Assembly (NCBI GenBank): GCA_051878615.1
Contig: JBJEKL010000007.1
Span: forward strand, 540 to 64,539
Direction of reading: 5' to 3'
Length of the DNA: 64,000 bases
Source of the DNA: Bacteroidaceae bacterium
Lineage (GTDB): Bacteria > Bacteroidota > Bacteroidia > Bacteroidales > Bacteroidaceae
Shown: positions 37,939 to 46,934 of the stretch, piece by piece
How positions within the stretch are numbered: position 1 is the stretch's first letter
Layout: each line of letters opens with the position of its first letter
The notes under the pieces: generated by a model
Seen by the model: only the letters and a program-made list of their open reading frames with translations
Told to the model about the DNA's origin: nothing
Databases searched by the model: none
Translations under genes and position numbers: made by a program

Positions 37939-38706
37939 ATGAAAAGACCTGCCTATATCCTGCTGCTGCTGCTTATCATCACAGGGCAAGGCATTCTTGC
38001 CGGCAAGCACAACCACATGATTATACACAAGGGAGGCATTGTCAGAGCAGATACCACTCGCCGTCAACTTACACTGGTCTTTACTGCAGCCGACAGGAAC
38101 GATGGTGTGGAACAAATCCTAAGCACGCTGAAAGTTCATCACATCAAGGCCGCATTCTTTCTCACAGGTTCGTTCATCGAAAAATTTCCTGAGGATGTTG
38201 CACGCATCAGGCAACAAGGACATTATGTGGGAAGCCATAGTTACAGTCATCCTTTGTACAGTACCTGGGAAAATCCAGACAGCACCATCATCACACAAGA
38301 CTTCTTCGAGCAGGATATCTTCCGCAGTTACCAGGCACTTGCACCCTATGGCATCACCCCACGCAATGCGCCCTATTTCATGCCTCCATACGAGCATTAC
38401 AATGCAACTATTGCCGAATGGGCGAAATCCATGGGCCTGACATTGGTGAACTTTACAAGTGGAACAGCAAGTAATGCCGATTACACCACCCCATCGATGA
38501 AGAACTACCGCTCCTCAGAGAATATTCTCCAAACCATCCTCAAGAAAGAGGAGAGCGAAGGGCTCAACGGACATTTGATGCTCTTCCATGCAGGCACATC
38601 CCCCGAAAGGACAGACAAATTCTATGTGGAACACCTCAACACGCTCATACAGGAACTCCAGCATCGAGGTTATCGATTTGTTTCGCTTACAAAAGCCTTA
38701 CGTTAA
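37939..38706 (+). CDS. Polysaccharide deacetylase (CE4-like), secreted
   Basis: 255 aa with a signal peptide. It has LTLVFTAADRNDG, FFLTG and GSHSYSHP (a NodB-type His motif). Confidence 0.7.
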   Translation: MKRPAYILLLLLIITGQGILAGKHNHMIIHKGGIVRADTTRRQLTLVFTAADRNDGVEQILSTLKVHHIKAAFFLTGSFIEKFPEDVARIRQQGHYVGSHSYSHPLYSTWENPDSTIITQDFFEQDIFRSYQALAPYGITPRNAPYFMPPYEHYNATIAEWAKSMGLTLVNFTSGTASNADYTTPSMKNYRSSENILQTILKKEESEGLNGHLMLFHAGTSPERTDKFYVEHLNTLIQELQHRGYRFVSLTKALR

Positions 38707-38774
38707 GCGAAGAGCGTTGATCCCGATTCCGTCAAATGGTAAAAGGTAAATGATATAGACTTGTTTTTTTTTCA

Positions 38775-38782
38775 TAACTTTG
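38775..38782 (+). promoter_or_regulatory. -7 box TAACTTTG upstream of tkt
   Basis: TAnnTTTG match preceded by a T9 run. Confidence 0.45.
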
Positions 38783-38839
38783 TGGCGGAATTAGGAAACA
38801 GGGCATATTGCCACTTACATACAAGCATTATTCTGCATT

Positions 38840-40867
38840 ATGAACAGCATTCAGACAATGACTCGTGCGGCCGACAATATACGCATCCTTGCGGCCTCAA
38901 TGGTAGAGAAAGCCAAAAGCGGACATCCTGGAGGCGCCATGGGTGGCGCAGATTTCATCAATGTACTCTATAGTGAGTATCTGCAGTTTGACCCAAAGAA
39001 CCCCACATGGATGGGTAGAGACCGTTTCTTCCTCGACCCAGGCCATATGTCCCCCATGCTCTATGCCCAATTGGCTCTTATCGGGAAATTCAGCATGGAA
39101 GAACTGCAGCAGTTCCGCCAATGGGGCTCCCCCACTCCCGGGCATCCTGAGGTATGCTATGAGCGAGGCATTGAGAATAGCTCCGGTCCCCTGGGACAAG
39201 GTCATGCCTATGCTGTAGGTGCTGCCATTGCAGCCAAATTCCTTGCAGCACGTACCGGAAATCCCACCTTCGAGCATGAGACCATCTATGCCTACATCAG
39301 CGACGGAGGCATTCAGGAGGAGATCAGTATGGGTGCTGCCCGCATAGCCGGTACACTTGGGCTTGACAACCTCATCATGTTCTATGATTCCAACGATATA
39401 CAGCTCTCCACAGAGACACGTGTGGTGATGAACGAAGATACAGCAGCCAAATATCGTGCTTTGCAATGGGAAGTAATTGAGATTGACGGCAACGATGTGG
39501 TACAGATACGTCAAGCCATCGAGGCTGCCAAGGCTGTAAAGAGCAAGCCCACACTCATCATCGGCAAATGCATCATGGGCAAAGGCGCTCTGAAGGCAGA
39601 CGGAACCAGTTACGAAAACACATGCAAAACTCATGGTGCGCCACTTGGAGGCGATGCCTGCAGAAACACCATCATCAATTTAGGTGGCAATCCCGACGAC
39701 CCCTTCCAGATATTCCCCGAAGTACAGGAAATCTACGAAGCACGGCTCAAGGAACTCCAGACTATGGCAGAAATCCGTCATGACGAGGAAACCAACTGGG
39801 CAGAGAAGCATCCCGAGCAGGCAGCAGAACTCGACAACTGGTTTGCCGACCGCATGCCAAAGATTGACTGGGAGAGCGTGCAGACCAAGGCTAATGATGC
39901 CACACGCAATGCATCAAGCGCCTGCCTCAGTCTTCTGGCACAGCAAGTACCTAATATGATATGTGCATCAGCTGACCTGTGCAACTCAGACAAAACAGAT
40001 GGTTTCCTCAAACAGACCCACGAACTGCAATTCGGCGATTTCTCCGGTGCATTCCTTCAGGCAGGTGTGGCCGAACTCACCATGGCTTGCTGCTGTATCG
40101 GTATGGCTCTTCATGGTGGCGTGATTGCTGCATGCGGTACTTTCTTTGTCTTCAGTGACTACATGAAGCCTGCCATCCGCATGGCTGCCCTGATGGAGTT
40201 GCCGGTAAAATTTATTTGGTCACACGATGCTTTCCGCGTAGGCGAGGATGGTCCCACCCACGAACCTGTAGAACAGGAAGCACAAATCCGACTGATGGAG
40301 AAACTCAAGAACCATAGCGGTCGCAATTCCGTACTTGTGATGCGTCCTGCCGACAGCAAGGCCACCATAGAGTGTTGGCGTCTGGCTATGGAGAACATAT
40401 ACACTCCCAGTGCCCTCATCCTGAGCAGACAGACGATAGAAGATCTTCCTCAGGACAACCCCTACTGCGACATCAGCCGTGGCGGTTACATTGTGGCAGG
40501 AAGTGACTCTGATTTTGATATCATTCTGCTGGGCAACGGTTCCGAAGTAAGCACACTCGTTGCAGGGGCACAACTGCTTCGTCAGGATGGTATCAAAGTA
40601 AGGATCGTAAGCGTTCCCTCTGAAGGACTCTTCCGTAATCAGAGCTACGAGTACCAGCAAAGCATAATCCCGGCAGGCAGCAAGATTTTTGGCCTTACAG
40701 CAGGCCTACCTGTCAACCTGAGCGGTTTCCTTATGGGCGCACATCCCAACAGCCGCATATGGGGACTTGAGAGTTTCGGATTCTCTGCTCCATACAAAGT
40801 GCTCGACCAGAAACTGGGATTCAATGCCGAAAATGTATACAACCAAGTAAAGGAACTCCTCTCATGA
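38840..40867 (+). CDS. tkt: Transketolase
   Basis: 675 aa with SGHPGG, the ThDP motif ISDGGIQEEIS and GEDGPTHEP. A TAACTTTG box lies at 38775-38782. Confidence 0.9.
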   Translation: MNSIQTMTRAADNIRILAASMVEKAKSGHPGGAMGGADFINVLYSEYLQFDPKNPTWMGRDRFFLDPGHMSPMLYAQLALIGKFSMEELQQFRQWGSPTPGHPEVCYERGIENSSGPLGQGHAYAVGAAIAAKFLAARTGNPTFEHETIYAYISDGGIQEEISMGAARIAGTLGLDNLIMFYDSNDIQLSTETRVVMNEDTAAKYRALQWEVIEIDGNDVVQIRQAIEAAKAVKSKPTLIIGKCIMGKGALKADGTSYENTCKTHGAPLGGDACRNTIINLGGNPDDPFQIFPEVQEIYEARLKELQTMAEIRHDEETNWAEKHPEQAAELDNWFADRMPKIDWESVQTKANDATRNASSACLSLLAQQVPNMICASADLCNSDKTDGFLKQTHELQFGDFSGAFLQAGVAELTMACCCIGMALHGGVIAACGTFFVFSDYMKPAIRMAALMELPVKFIWSHDAFRVGEDGPTHEPVEQEAQIRLMEKLKNHSGRNSVLVMRPADSKATIECWRLAMENIYTPSALILSRQTIEDLPQDNPYCDISRGGYIVAGSDSDFDIILLGNGSEVSTLVAGAQLLRQDGIKVRIVSVPSEGLFRNQSYEYQQSIIPAGSKIFGLTAGLPVNLSGFLMGAHPNSRIWGLESFGFSAPYKVLDQKLGFNAENVYNQVKELLS

Positions 40868-41301
40868 AGAAAATAGGACTGGCCAGCGACCACGCAGGAT
40901 ATGCGCTCAAGGAGCACGTCAAAGAATACCTCTCTGCACACCACATTGAATACATTGACTTTGGCACTCACAGCGAGGCAAGCTGTGATTATCCCGATTA
41001 TGGACATGCCTTGGGACAAGCCATTGATAATGGTGATGTCACGACAGGAATTGCCATTTGCGGCAGCGGTGAAGGCATCAGCATGACACTCAACAAGCAT
41101 CAGCACGTGCGCGCAGCCCTCTGCTGGCAGGCAGAGATTGCCCACTTGGCACGCCAGCACAATGATGCCAACGTGCTTGTGATGCCAGGACGCTTCCTCT
41201 CCGAAAGCGAAGCAGACGCCATCATGGACGAGTTCCTCTCCACCCCCTTCGAAGGAGGCCGCCACATGCGCAGGATAGAGAAGATTCCCTGCCAGGCATA
41301 A
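40864..41301 (+). CDS. rpiB: Ribose-5-phosphate isomerase B
   Basis: 145 aa with the start MKKIGLASDHAGY and a CGSGEGIS block. An ATGA start/stop overlap with tkt is present. Confidence 0.9.
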   Translation: MKKIGLASDHAGYALKEHVKEYLSAHHIEYIDFGTHSEASCDYPDYGHALGQAIDNGDVTTGIAICGSGEGISMTLNKHQHVRAALCWQAEIAHLARQHNDANVLVMPGRFLSESEADAIMDEFLSTPFEGGRHMRRIEKIPCQA

Positions 41302-41372
41302 AGACATCCCGTCCAAGTCACCTTCGACAATCAAGTGGGAATAATCCCCCATAACCTACGACAAGTTTTCAA

Positions 41373-41412
41373 GAGCGATATGAATGGCTACTTCCCTTTC
41401 ATATCGCTTTTG
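41373..41412 (+). terminator. Rho-independent terminator after tkt-rpiB
   Basis: 11-bp perfect stem AGCGATATGAA/TTCATATCGCT with a 14-nt loop, followed by TTTT. Confidence 0.7.
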
Positions 41413-41450
41413 TTATGATGTAATCCTATAAGCGTAAAATCCTATCCTAA

Positions 41451-41482
41451 AACCCAAATCGGTCATCAGGTCTGTTTGGGTT
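41451..41482 (+). repeat. REP-like 20-mer plus short inverted arm
   Basis: AACCCAAATCGGTCATCAGG followed by TTTGGGTT (8-bp stem, 16-nt loop) and an A8 run. It lies downstream of the rpiB terminator. Confidence 0.75.
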
Positions 41483-41544
41483 GAAAAAAAATACTTACAC
41501 ATTTTTAGCAGATATTATATAGAGGAAAAACCGAACCGAATAGC

Positions 41545-41652
41545 CTTTTTCACGCAAACGTTTGCGGGAGCGGTTGCAAACGTTTGCGAGGAGGGTTGCA
41601 AACGTTTGCGATGGCATTTGCAAACGTTTGCGTCGAAAATGAGCAAAATTGA
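41545..41652. repeat. Tandem array of four GCAAACGTTTGCG palindromes phased at exactly 22 bp, with conserved flanks
   Basis: The 12-nt perfect palindrome GCAAACGTTTGC starts at 41554, 41576, 41598 and 41620. The 9-nt spacers are ggagcggtt, aggagggtt and atggcattt. The flanks CTTTTTCAC and TCGAAAATGAGCAAAATTGA are shared with the copy at 18233-18274. Confidence 0.9.
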
Positions 41653-41746
41653 AAGAAAATCCAAGGAAATGACCCTTTGCGCACATAATTCAACAAGCGA
41701 ATAAAACAATTTTACATATTACATCTAAGACCAATATTAACTTATA

Positions 41747-43573
41747 TTGCTGTCCGGTAAAACTCAAATGAGCATAGAAAATCTGTCAATCAATGAACCA
41801 GCACTCAACAACCATATGATATACTACTCCCTTGGCGAGATAGAAGGCGACCTGTATGGTTTCCGAGCAGAGAGTGAAAACGTGTATTCCTACACCCCAT
41901 GGTTGAGTGTCGTACTTAGGGACAGCTGTTCGGTGCAAGAATTGTTGGAAGAGTTGAATGTCCGTCTGAAAACCTTTGAACTATCCGCGACATTGGAAAA
42001 GATGGCAGACAAAGACAGAGTATGGGAGATTATAGCGGCATGAGCGATACTCCACCTTGCAGGTGCACTCATACTAATCGCCGCCATTATCAGCTTCCTG
42101 CGCATGCAGGTTCAACTCTTCTGGAAGAGAAGGCGCGAGGTGGCTCTGCGCATCACCCATGGCGCCAAACGCAGACAGGTATTCCGGCTTCTCTTCTCCG
42201 AGGTAATACTGGTGGCAGGCATGTCGGTTGTAATGGCGATGCTGATTGGCAATTGGGCGGAGACATTCATCTACACACAATTTGCTGATGTCGTGGCAAG
42301 AGGGGGAACATGCATCCGTGACATACCACTCTACTGCCTGTATACAGGTAGGCTGTTGTTGCTCGTGTGCGGGCTGACAATATAGATAGCCCTGTCACGA
42401 ATATGCAGGGCAGGCCAGGGGATGGCCGCCAACATGCGTAGCAGCCGCTCACACCTGTTCCGCAACGTCATGCTGGGCATACAGATAGCCATCAGCACCA
42501 TCTTGGTATGCGGTACGCTCACAGTCAACAGAAAGATTGGACAGCTGTTCCTGGCTTTCCATCTGCCCGACAATCTGACTCCCTACAAGGAATGCATCCT
42601 ACTTGACGCTATGACAAGTTACAAAAGGGATGCCATAGACAAAAAGATAGAGCAACTGCCCAGTATAGAAAAGAAGATATCATTTGACATAGTCAATCCA
42701 ATGATACCACACATACTGGAGAATTCCGAGATATTGGCAGAATTCAGAGGAATAGGATGCTTAAGCTTCCTATGTTCCACCGACACATCCTTAGTTTCAT
42801 TCTATCAACTGCAAGTGAACTGGCTTCACAAGCCCACAGAATCCGATGATACATACCTGCTACTCAACGAAGGCTACTATCGGAAACTGCGTGAATTGGG
42901 CGTGGTACCAACAGATGCGCTGAGCCTGAGATTATGGTCCCAGGATGAGCTGACGTTGCCCATAGCCGGCACGATACCCGACATCCCCTATTACCCACGG
43001 TCACATTCCATAATGATTCATCCATTCATAGGAAAGAACGGACCTATGTATGTGCTCTCCCCTAAGAAAAGCAAGTACCAGTCGCTCATGCGTGAAGTGG
43101 GGTCCACAATCCTGGAGATAGAGCCATCTTCCGTAGACATCAAGGTGCAAAACTTCCATGATGCGCACAATGGCGTGACTATTCTTGAGAGTACCTGCAC
43201 CATAAGCTGGGTTCTGTGTGCCTTCAGCATCATCATCTGCACCATGGGCATCTACAGCACCATCACCCTCGATACCCGTTCGCGCCGCAAGGAAGTGGCA
43301 ATACGCAAGGTCTGTGGGGCCAAGGGACGCGACATCTACCATCTCTTCGGTAGTGTATATTTCCTGATAGTCCTGCTCTCGTTCGTCATCGCCATACCCG
43401 TGGCAGCTTTGTTCCATAAGATGGTGTTCTCGGGAGACTCGATTTACGAGTCCCCACTCATCCCCTGCCTTTCCGGTTCGCTCATCATCATGAGCATGAT
43501 AGCCAGCATAGTCATCTGGAACATCCGCAACATCATGCGCATCAATCCTGCAGAGATTATCGCCAAGGAATAG
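41747..43573 (+). pseudogene. MacB/FtsX-type ABC permease, 5'-truncated and interrupted by two in-frame stop codons
   Basis: Three ORF pieces (41747..42043, 42104..42385, 42422..43573) are all in the same reading frame. Reading through TGA at 42041-42043 and TAG at 42383-42385 gives a continuous FtsX-like sequence. About 180 aa of the expected N-terminus (TM1 plus part of the periplasmic domain) are absent. Confidence 0.7.
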
Positions 43574-43617
43574 AAACCTACACGGATAAACAATAACAAT
43601 AAAAAGATACAGACATT

Positions 43618-44297
43618 ATGATCAAGTTACAGAACATCAAGAAAGTATTCCGCACAGAAGAAGAAGTGGAGACTTGGGCCCTGAGTGAGGTTGACCTCGA
43701 AGTGAAGGGAGGCGAGTTTGTGGCCATCATGGGGGCCCTCTGGATGCGGAAAGTCTACTCTTCTGAACATCCTGGGACTCCTGGACAATCCCACAGAAGG
43801 CACTTACATCCCTGAACGGCCGCGACGTGAGCACCCTCAGGGAGAATGACCGAACAGACATACGAAAGGCTGTCATCGGTTTTGTATTCCAAAGTTTCAA
43901 CCTCATCGACGAACTCAATGTCTACGAGAACATCGAACTGCCCTTGCTCTACATGGGCGTACCTGCCAAAGAACACAAACAACGCATAGAAGCCGTGATG
44001 GACCGCATGGCCATCTCCCACCGCCGCAAGCATTTCCCAAACCAGCTCTCAGGCGGTCAGCAGCAACGCGTGGCCATAGCCCGTGCCGTGCTGTCCAACC
44101 CCAAGATTATCCTGGCCGACGAGCCCACGGGTAACCTGGACTCCAAGAACGGCAAGGAGGTGATGAACCTGCTGAGCGAACTGCATCAAGAAGGTACCAC
44201 CATCATCATGGTAACGCACTCGCAGCACGACGCGTCCTACGCCGACTGCATCGTCAGACTCTATGATGGCGAGATAGTGAAGCAAGTGGAACTCTGA
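43618..44297 (+). pseudogene. ABC transporter ATP-binding protein (MacB/LolD-like) with two +1 frameshifts
   Basis: The N-terminal part is in frame 1 up to the G5 run at 43731-43735. The Walker A stretch [26 protein letters not shown] is readable only in the next frame. After the CCC at 43810-43812, the rest ([13 protein letters not shown]...[14 protein letters not shown]...[11 protein letters not shown]) is in the third frame. Confidence 0.8.
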
Positions 44298-44337
44298 TGT
44301 AAAATTATTTGCATACAGAAACTTTTTTCTTTTACTT

Positions 44338-44552
44338 AAATCAACCCAAATCGGTCATCAGATTCCCCTAAAGCCTCTAATGCAAATGGCGAGGGAATAC
44401 TCTTTGCGATCTGATGAACTGATTAGGGTTTGTTTGAATACCCCTCATAGCCCCAAGAAGCCATGCTTTCATGCAAACGTTAGGATTTAGGCCGTTACAT
44501 ACCAAGGTAAGGAACTACCTTTTGCGGTCCAGAGACCGATTTGGTTTGATTT
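44338..44552. repeat. 215-bp MITE-like composite of the same REP family (terminal inverted repeats plus an internal inverted copy)
   Basis: The left end AAATCAACCCAAATCGGTC (44338-44356) matches the reverse complement of 44534-44552 (AAATCAAACCAAATCGGTC) at 18 of 19 positions. An internal reverse copy lies at 44409-44430 (reverse complement AACCCTAATCAGTTCATCAGAT). Confidence 0.65.
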
Positions 44553-44578
44553 TTACCCATTCATTATCATTTTTTCCT

Positions 44579-44586
44579 TAACTTTG
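44579..44586 (+). promoter_or_regulatory. -7 box TAACTTTG upstream of ftsY
   Basis: TAnnTTTG match 30 nt before the ATG. Confidence 0.5.
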
Positions 44587-44615
44587 CACATTAAATATAT
44601 CAATCATATATAGAT

Positions 44616-45569
44616 ATGGGATTACTTGATTTCTTTTCCCGTGAGAAAAAGGAAGTACTGAACCAGGGACTGGAAAAGACCAAGCAAAGTTTCTTTGGCA
44701 AACTGTCACGTGCCGTGATGGGCAAATCACGTGTGGATGACGAAGTGCTGGACAATCTGGAGGAGATTCTGGTGACGAGCGACGTGGGTGTGGACACCAC
44801 CCTGGATATCATACAACGGATAGAGCAACGAGTGGCACGAGACAAATACGTGACCACCACGGAACTGAACCACGTGCTACGCGACGAGATAGTAGGACTG
44901 CTCACCGAAAGCGGAGCGCAGGACGAGGGAGGCTTTGCCATACCAGCAGGCAAGAAGCCCTATGTAGTGATGGTGGTGGGTGTGAACGGAGTGGGCAAGA
45001 CCACCACGATAGGCAAACTGGCCTATCAGTTCAAGAAAGCCGGACTAAAGGTATATCTTGGAGCTGCCGATACCTTCCGTGCCGCTGCCGTGGAGCAGTT
45101 GTGCATCTGGGGAGAGCGCGTGGGAGTGCCCGTTATCAAACAGAACATGGGTAGCGATCCTGCCAGCGTGGCTTTTGACACTCTGGCCAGCGCTCTGGCC
45201 AACGATGCCGATGTAGTGCTGATAGATACTGCAGGACGCCTGCACAACAAGAAGGGGCTCATGGACGAACTCTCCAAGATAAAGCGTGTGATGCAAAAAC
45301 AGATACCCGATGCCCCGCACGAAGTGCTGCTGGTACTGGACGGAAGCACAGGACAGAATGCTTTTGAACAGGCACGCCAGTTTACAGCTGCAACCGAGGT
45401 GACAGGCATGGCCATCACGAAACTCGACGGTTCGGCCAAGGGCGGAGTGGTCATCGGAGTAAGCCATCAGTTCAAAATTCCAGTAAGATACATCGGACTG
45501 GGCGAGGGGATGGAGGACCTGCAACCCTTTGACAGAAAGGAATTCGTGGACTCCCTGTTTGCAGACTAA
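44616..45569 (+). CDS. ftsY: Signal-recognition-particle receptor FtsY
   Basis: 317 aa with GVNGVGKTTTIGKLA, DTAGRLHN and TKLDGSAKGG. A TAACTTTG box lies at 44579-44586. Confidence 0.9.
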   Translation: MGLLDFFSREKKEVLNQGLEKTKQSFFGKLSRAVMGKSRVDDEVLDNLEEILVTSDVGVDTTLDIIQRIEQRVARDKYVTTTELNHVLRDEIVGLLTESGAQDEGGFAIPAGKKPYVVMVVGVNGVGKTTTIGKLAYQFKKAGLKVYLGAADTFRAAAVEQLCIWGERVGVPVIKQNMGSDPASVAFDTLASALANDADVVLIDTAGRLHNKKGLMDELSKIKRVMQKQIPDAPHEVLLVLDGSTGQNAFEQARQFTAATEVTGMAITKLDGSAKGGVVIGVSHQFKIPVRYIGLGEGMEDLQPFDRKEFVDSLFAD

Positions 45570-45577
45570 GCAAAGAG

Positions 45578-46894
45578 ATGAAGAAGAACACCATAGACAT
45601 CATCACCCTGGGATGCAGCAAGAATCTGGTGGACAGCGAGAGGCTCATCCTCCAGCTGGAACTCTGCGGATACAAGGTGACACACGATCCCGAGGAACCA
45701 CACGGAGAGATTGCCGTGGTGAACACCTGCGGATTCATTGGCGATGCCAAGGAAGAGAGCATCAACATGATTCTGCAGATGGGAGAGCGCAAGCGAAAGG
45801 GGTTGTTGAATAAACTCTACGTGATGGGCTGCCTTTCCGAGCGCTATCTGGCCGACCTGGAGCAAGAACTGCCCGAAGTGGACCATTTCTATGGCAAATT
45901 CAACTGGACCGATCTGCTGGCCGACCTGGGCAAGCAGTACCATCCCGAATGTGCCGCTCAGAGACACATCACCACCCCACCCCATTACGCTTATCTGAAG
46001 ATATCGGAGGGATGTGACCGCCATTGTTCCTACTGCGCCATACCCATCATCACAGGGAAGCACAAAAGCCGCCCCATGGAAGAAATTATCAATGAGGTGC
46101 GTCAGCTGGTGGCACAAGGCGTGAAGGAATTCCAGGTCATCGCTCAGGAACTCACATACTATGGCGTGGACCTGTACCACGAGCGCCGCATAGCCCCTTT
46201 GGTGGAAGCCATCGCCGAAGTTCCCGGAGTAGAATGGGTGAGGCTGCATTATGCCTACCCCACCGATTTCCCCATGGAACTGCTTCGCGTCATACGCGAA
46301 CACAGAAATGTATGTCGGTATCTGGACATTGCCCTGCAACACGTGTCGGACAACGTGTTGAGCTCCATGAGACGTCACGTTACAGGACAGCAGACCTACG
46401 ACCTGATTGAAAAGATTCGCGCCGAAGTACCCGGCATACATCTGCGCACCACGCTGATGGTGGGGCATCCGGGCGAGACAGAAGAGGATTTCCTGCAGTT
46501 GATCCAATTCGTCAAATGGGCACGCTTCGAGCGCATGGGAGCATTTGCCTATAGCGAGGAGGAAGGCACATACAATGCCGAACATTACCAGGATGAGATA
46601 CCTCAGGAGACCAAGGAAGCACGACTGGGGAAACTCATGCGCATCCAACAGAATATCAGCGCCGAGGTGCAGGAGAGCAAAGTGGGACAAACCCTGCGTG
46701 TCATCATCGACCGGCTGGAAGGAGAGTACTACGTGGGACGTACAGAGTTTGACTCTCCCGAAGTGGACCCCGAGGTTCTCATACCGGCTCACCAGGAAGT
46801 CAATCTGCCCTGCGGCTCGTTCCAATGGGTAAAGATAGACAGCGCTGACGACTTTGACCTATACGGCCATTGCGTGGAAGGACCCACAGAATAA
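45578..46894 (+). CDS. rimO: Ribosomal protein S12 methylthiotransferase RimO
   Basis: 438 aa with an MTTase N-domain (LGCSKN), the radical-SAM motif CDRHCSYC and a C-terminal TRAM domain. Confidence 0.9.
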   Translation: MKKNTIDIITLGCSKNLVDSERLILQLELCGYKVTHDPEEPHGEIAVVNTCGFIGDAKEESINMILQMGERKRKGLLNKLYVMGCLSERYLADLEQELPEVDHFYGKFNWTDLLADLGKQYHPECAAQRHITTPPHYAYLKISEGCDRHCSYCAIPIITGKHKSRPMEEIINEVRQLVAQGVKEFQVIAQELTYYGVDLYHERRIAPLVEAIAEVPGVEWVRLHYAYPTDFPMELLRVIREHRNVCRYLDIALQHVSDNVLSSMRRHVTGQQTYDLIEKIRAEVPGIHLRTTLMVGHPGETEEDFLQLIQFVKWARFERMGAFAYSEEEGTYNAEHYQDEIPQETKEARLGKLMRIQQNISAEVQESKVGQTLRVIIDRLEGEYYVGRTEFDSPEVDPEVLIPAHQEVNLPCGSFQWVKIDSADDFDLYGHCVEGPTE

Positions 46895-46934
46895 AAGTAA
46901 GAGAGAGTAAAAGCACCCAAGAAAACGAGACTAA

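Noticed and set aside
41553-41632. Could the 22-bp repeat array be a miniature CRISPR array?
   Set aside because: It has 13-nt repeats, 9-nt spacers and only four units, with no cas genes or leader. This is far below any known CRISPR geometry, and a single-unit copy with the same flanks exists elsewhere.
42041-42385. In-frame TGA and TAG in the ABC permease as programmed recoding (selenocysteine, read-through or an alternative genetic code).
   Set aside because: TGA, TAG and TAA all terminate well-supported genes elsewhere in the window (for example putA with TGA and the GH73-LysM gene with TAG). No SECIS-like context is evident. The same operon is also 5'-truncated and frameshifted, which fits decay.
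45566-46825. Very long antisense ORFs covering whole genes: 419 aa opposite rimO, 383 aa opposite dnaJ (31282-32433), 340 aa opposite GH127 (19650-20672), 235 aa opposite rpiB/tkt and 207 aa opposite rbr.
   Set aside because: For the three longest antisense ORFs that I checked, the reading frame is codon-aligned with the sense gene. In that frame antisense stops arise only from sense TTA, CTA and TCA codons, which this genome evidently avoids. The sense proteins have unmistakable family signatures, while the antisense products are low-complexity with no motifs. I treat them as shadow ORFs.
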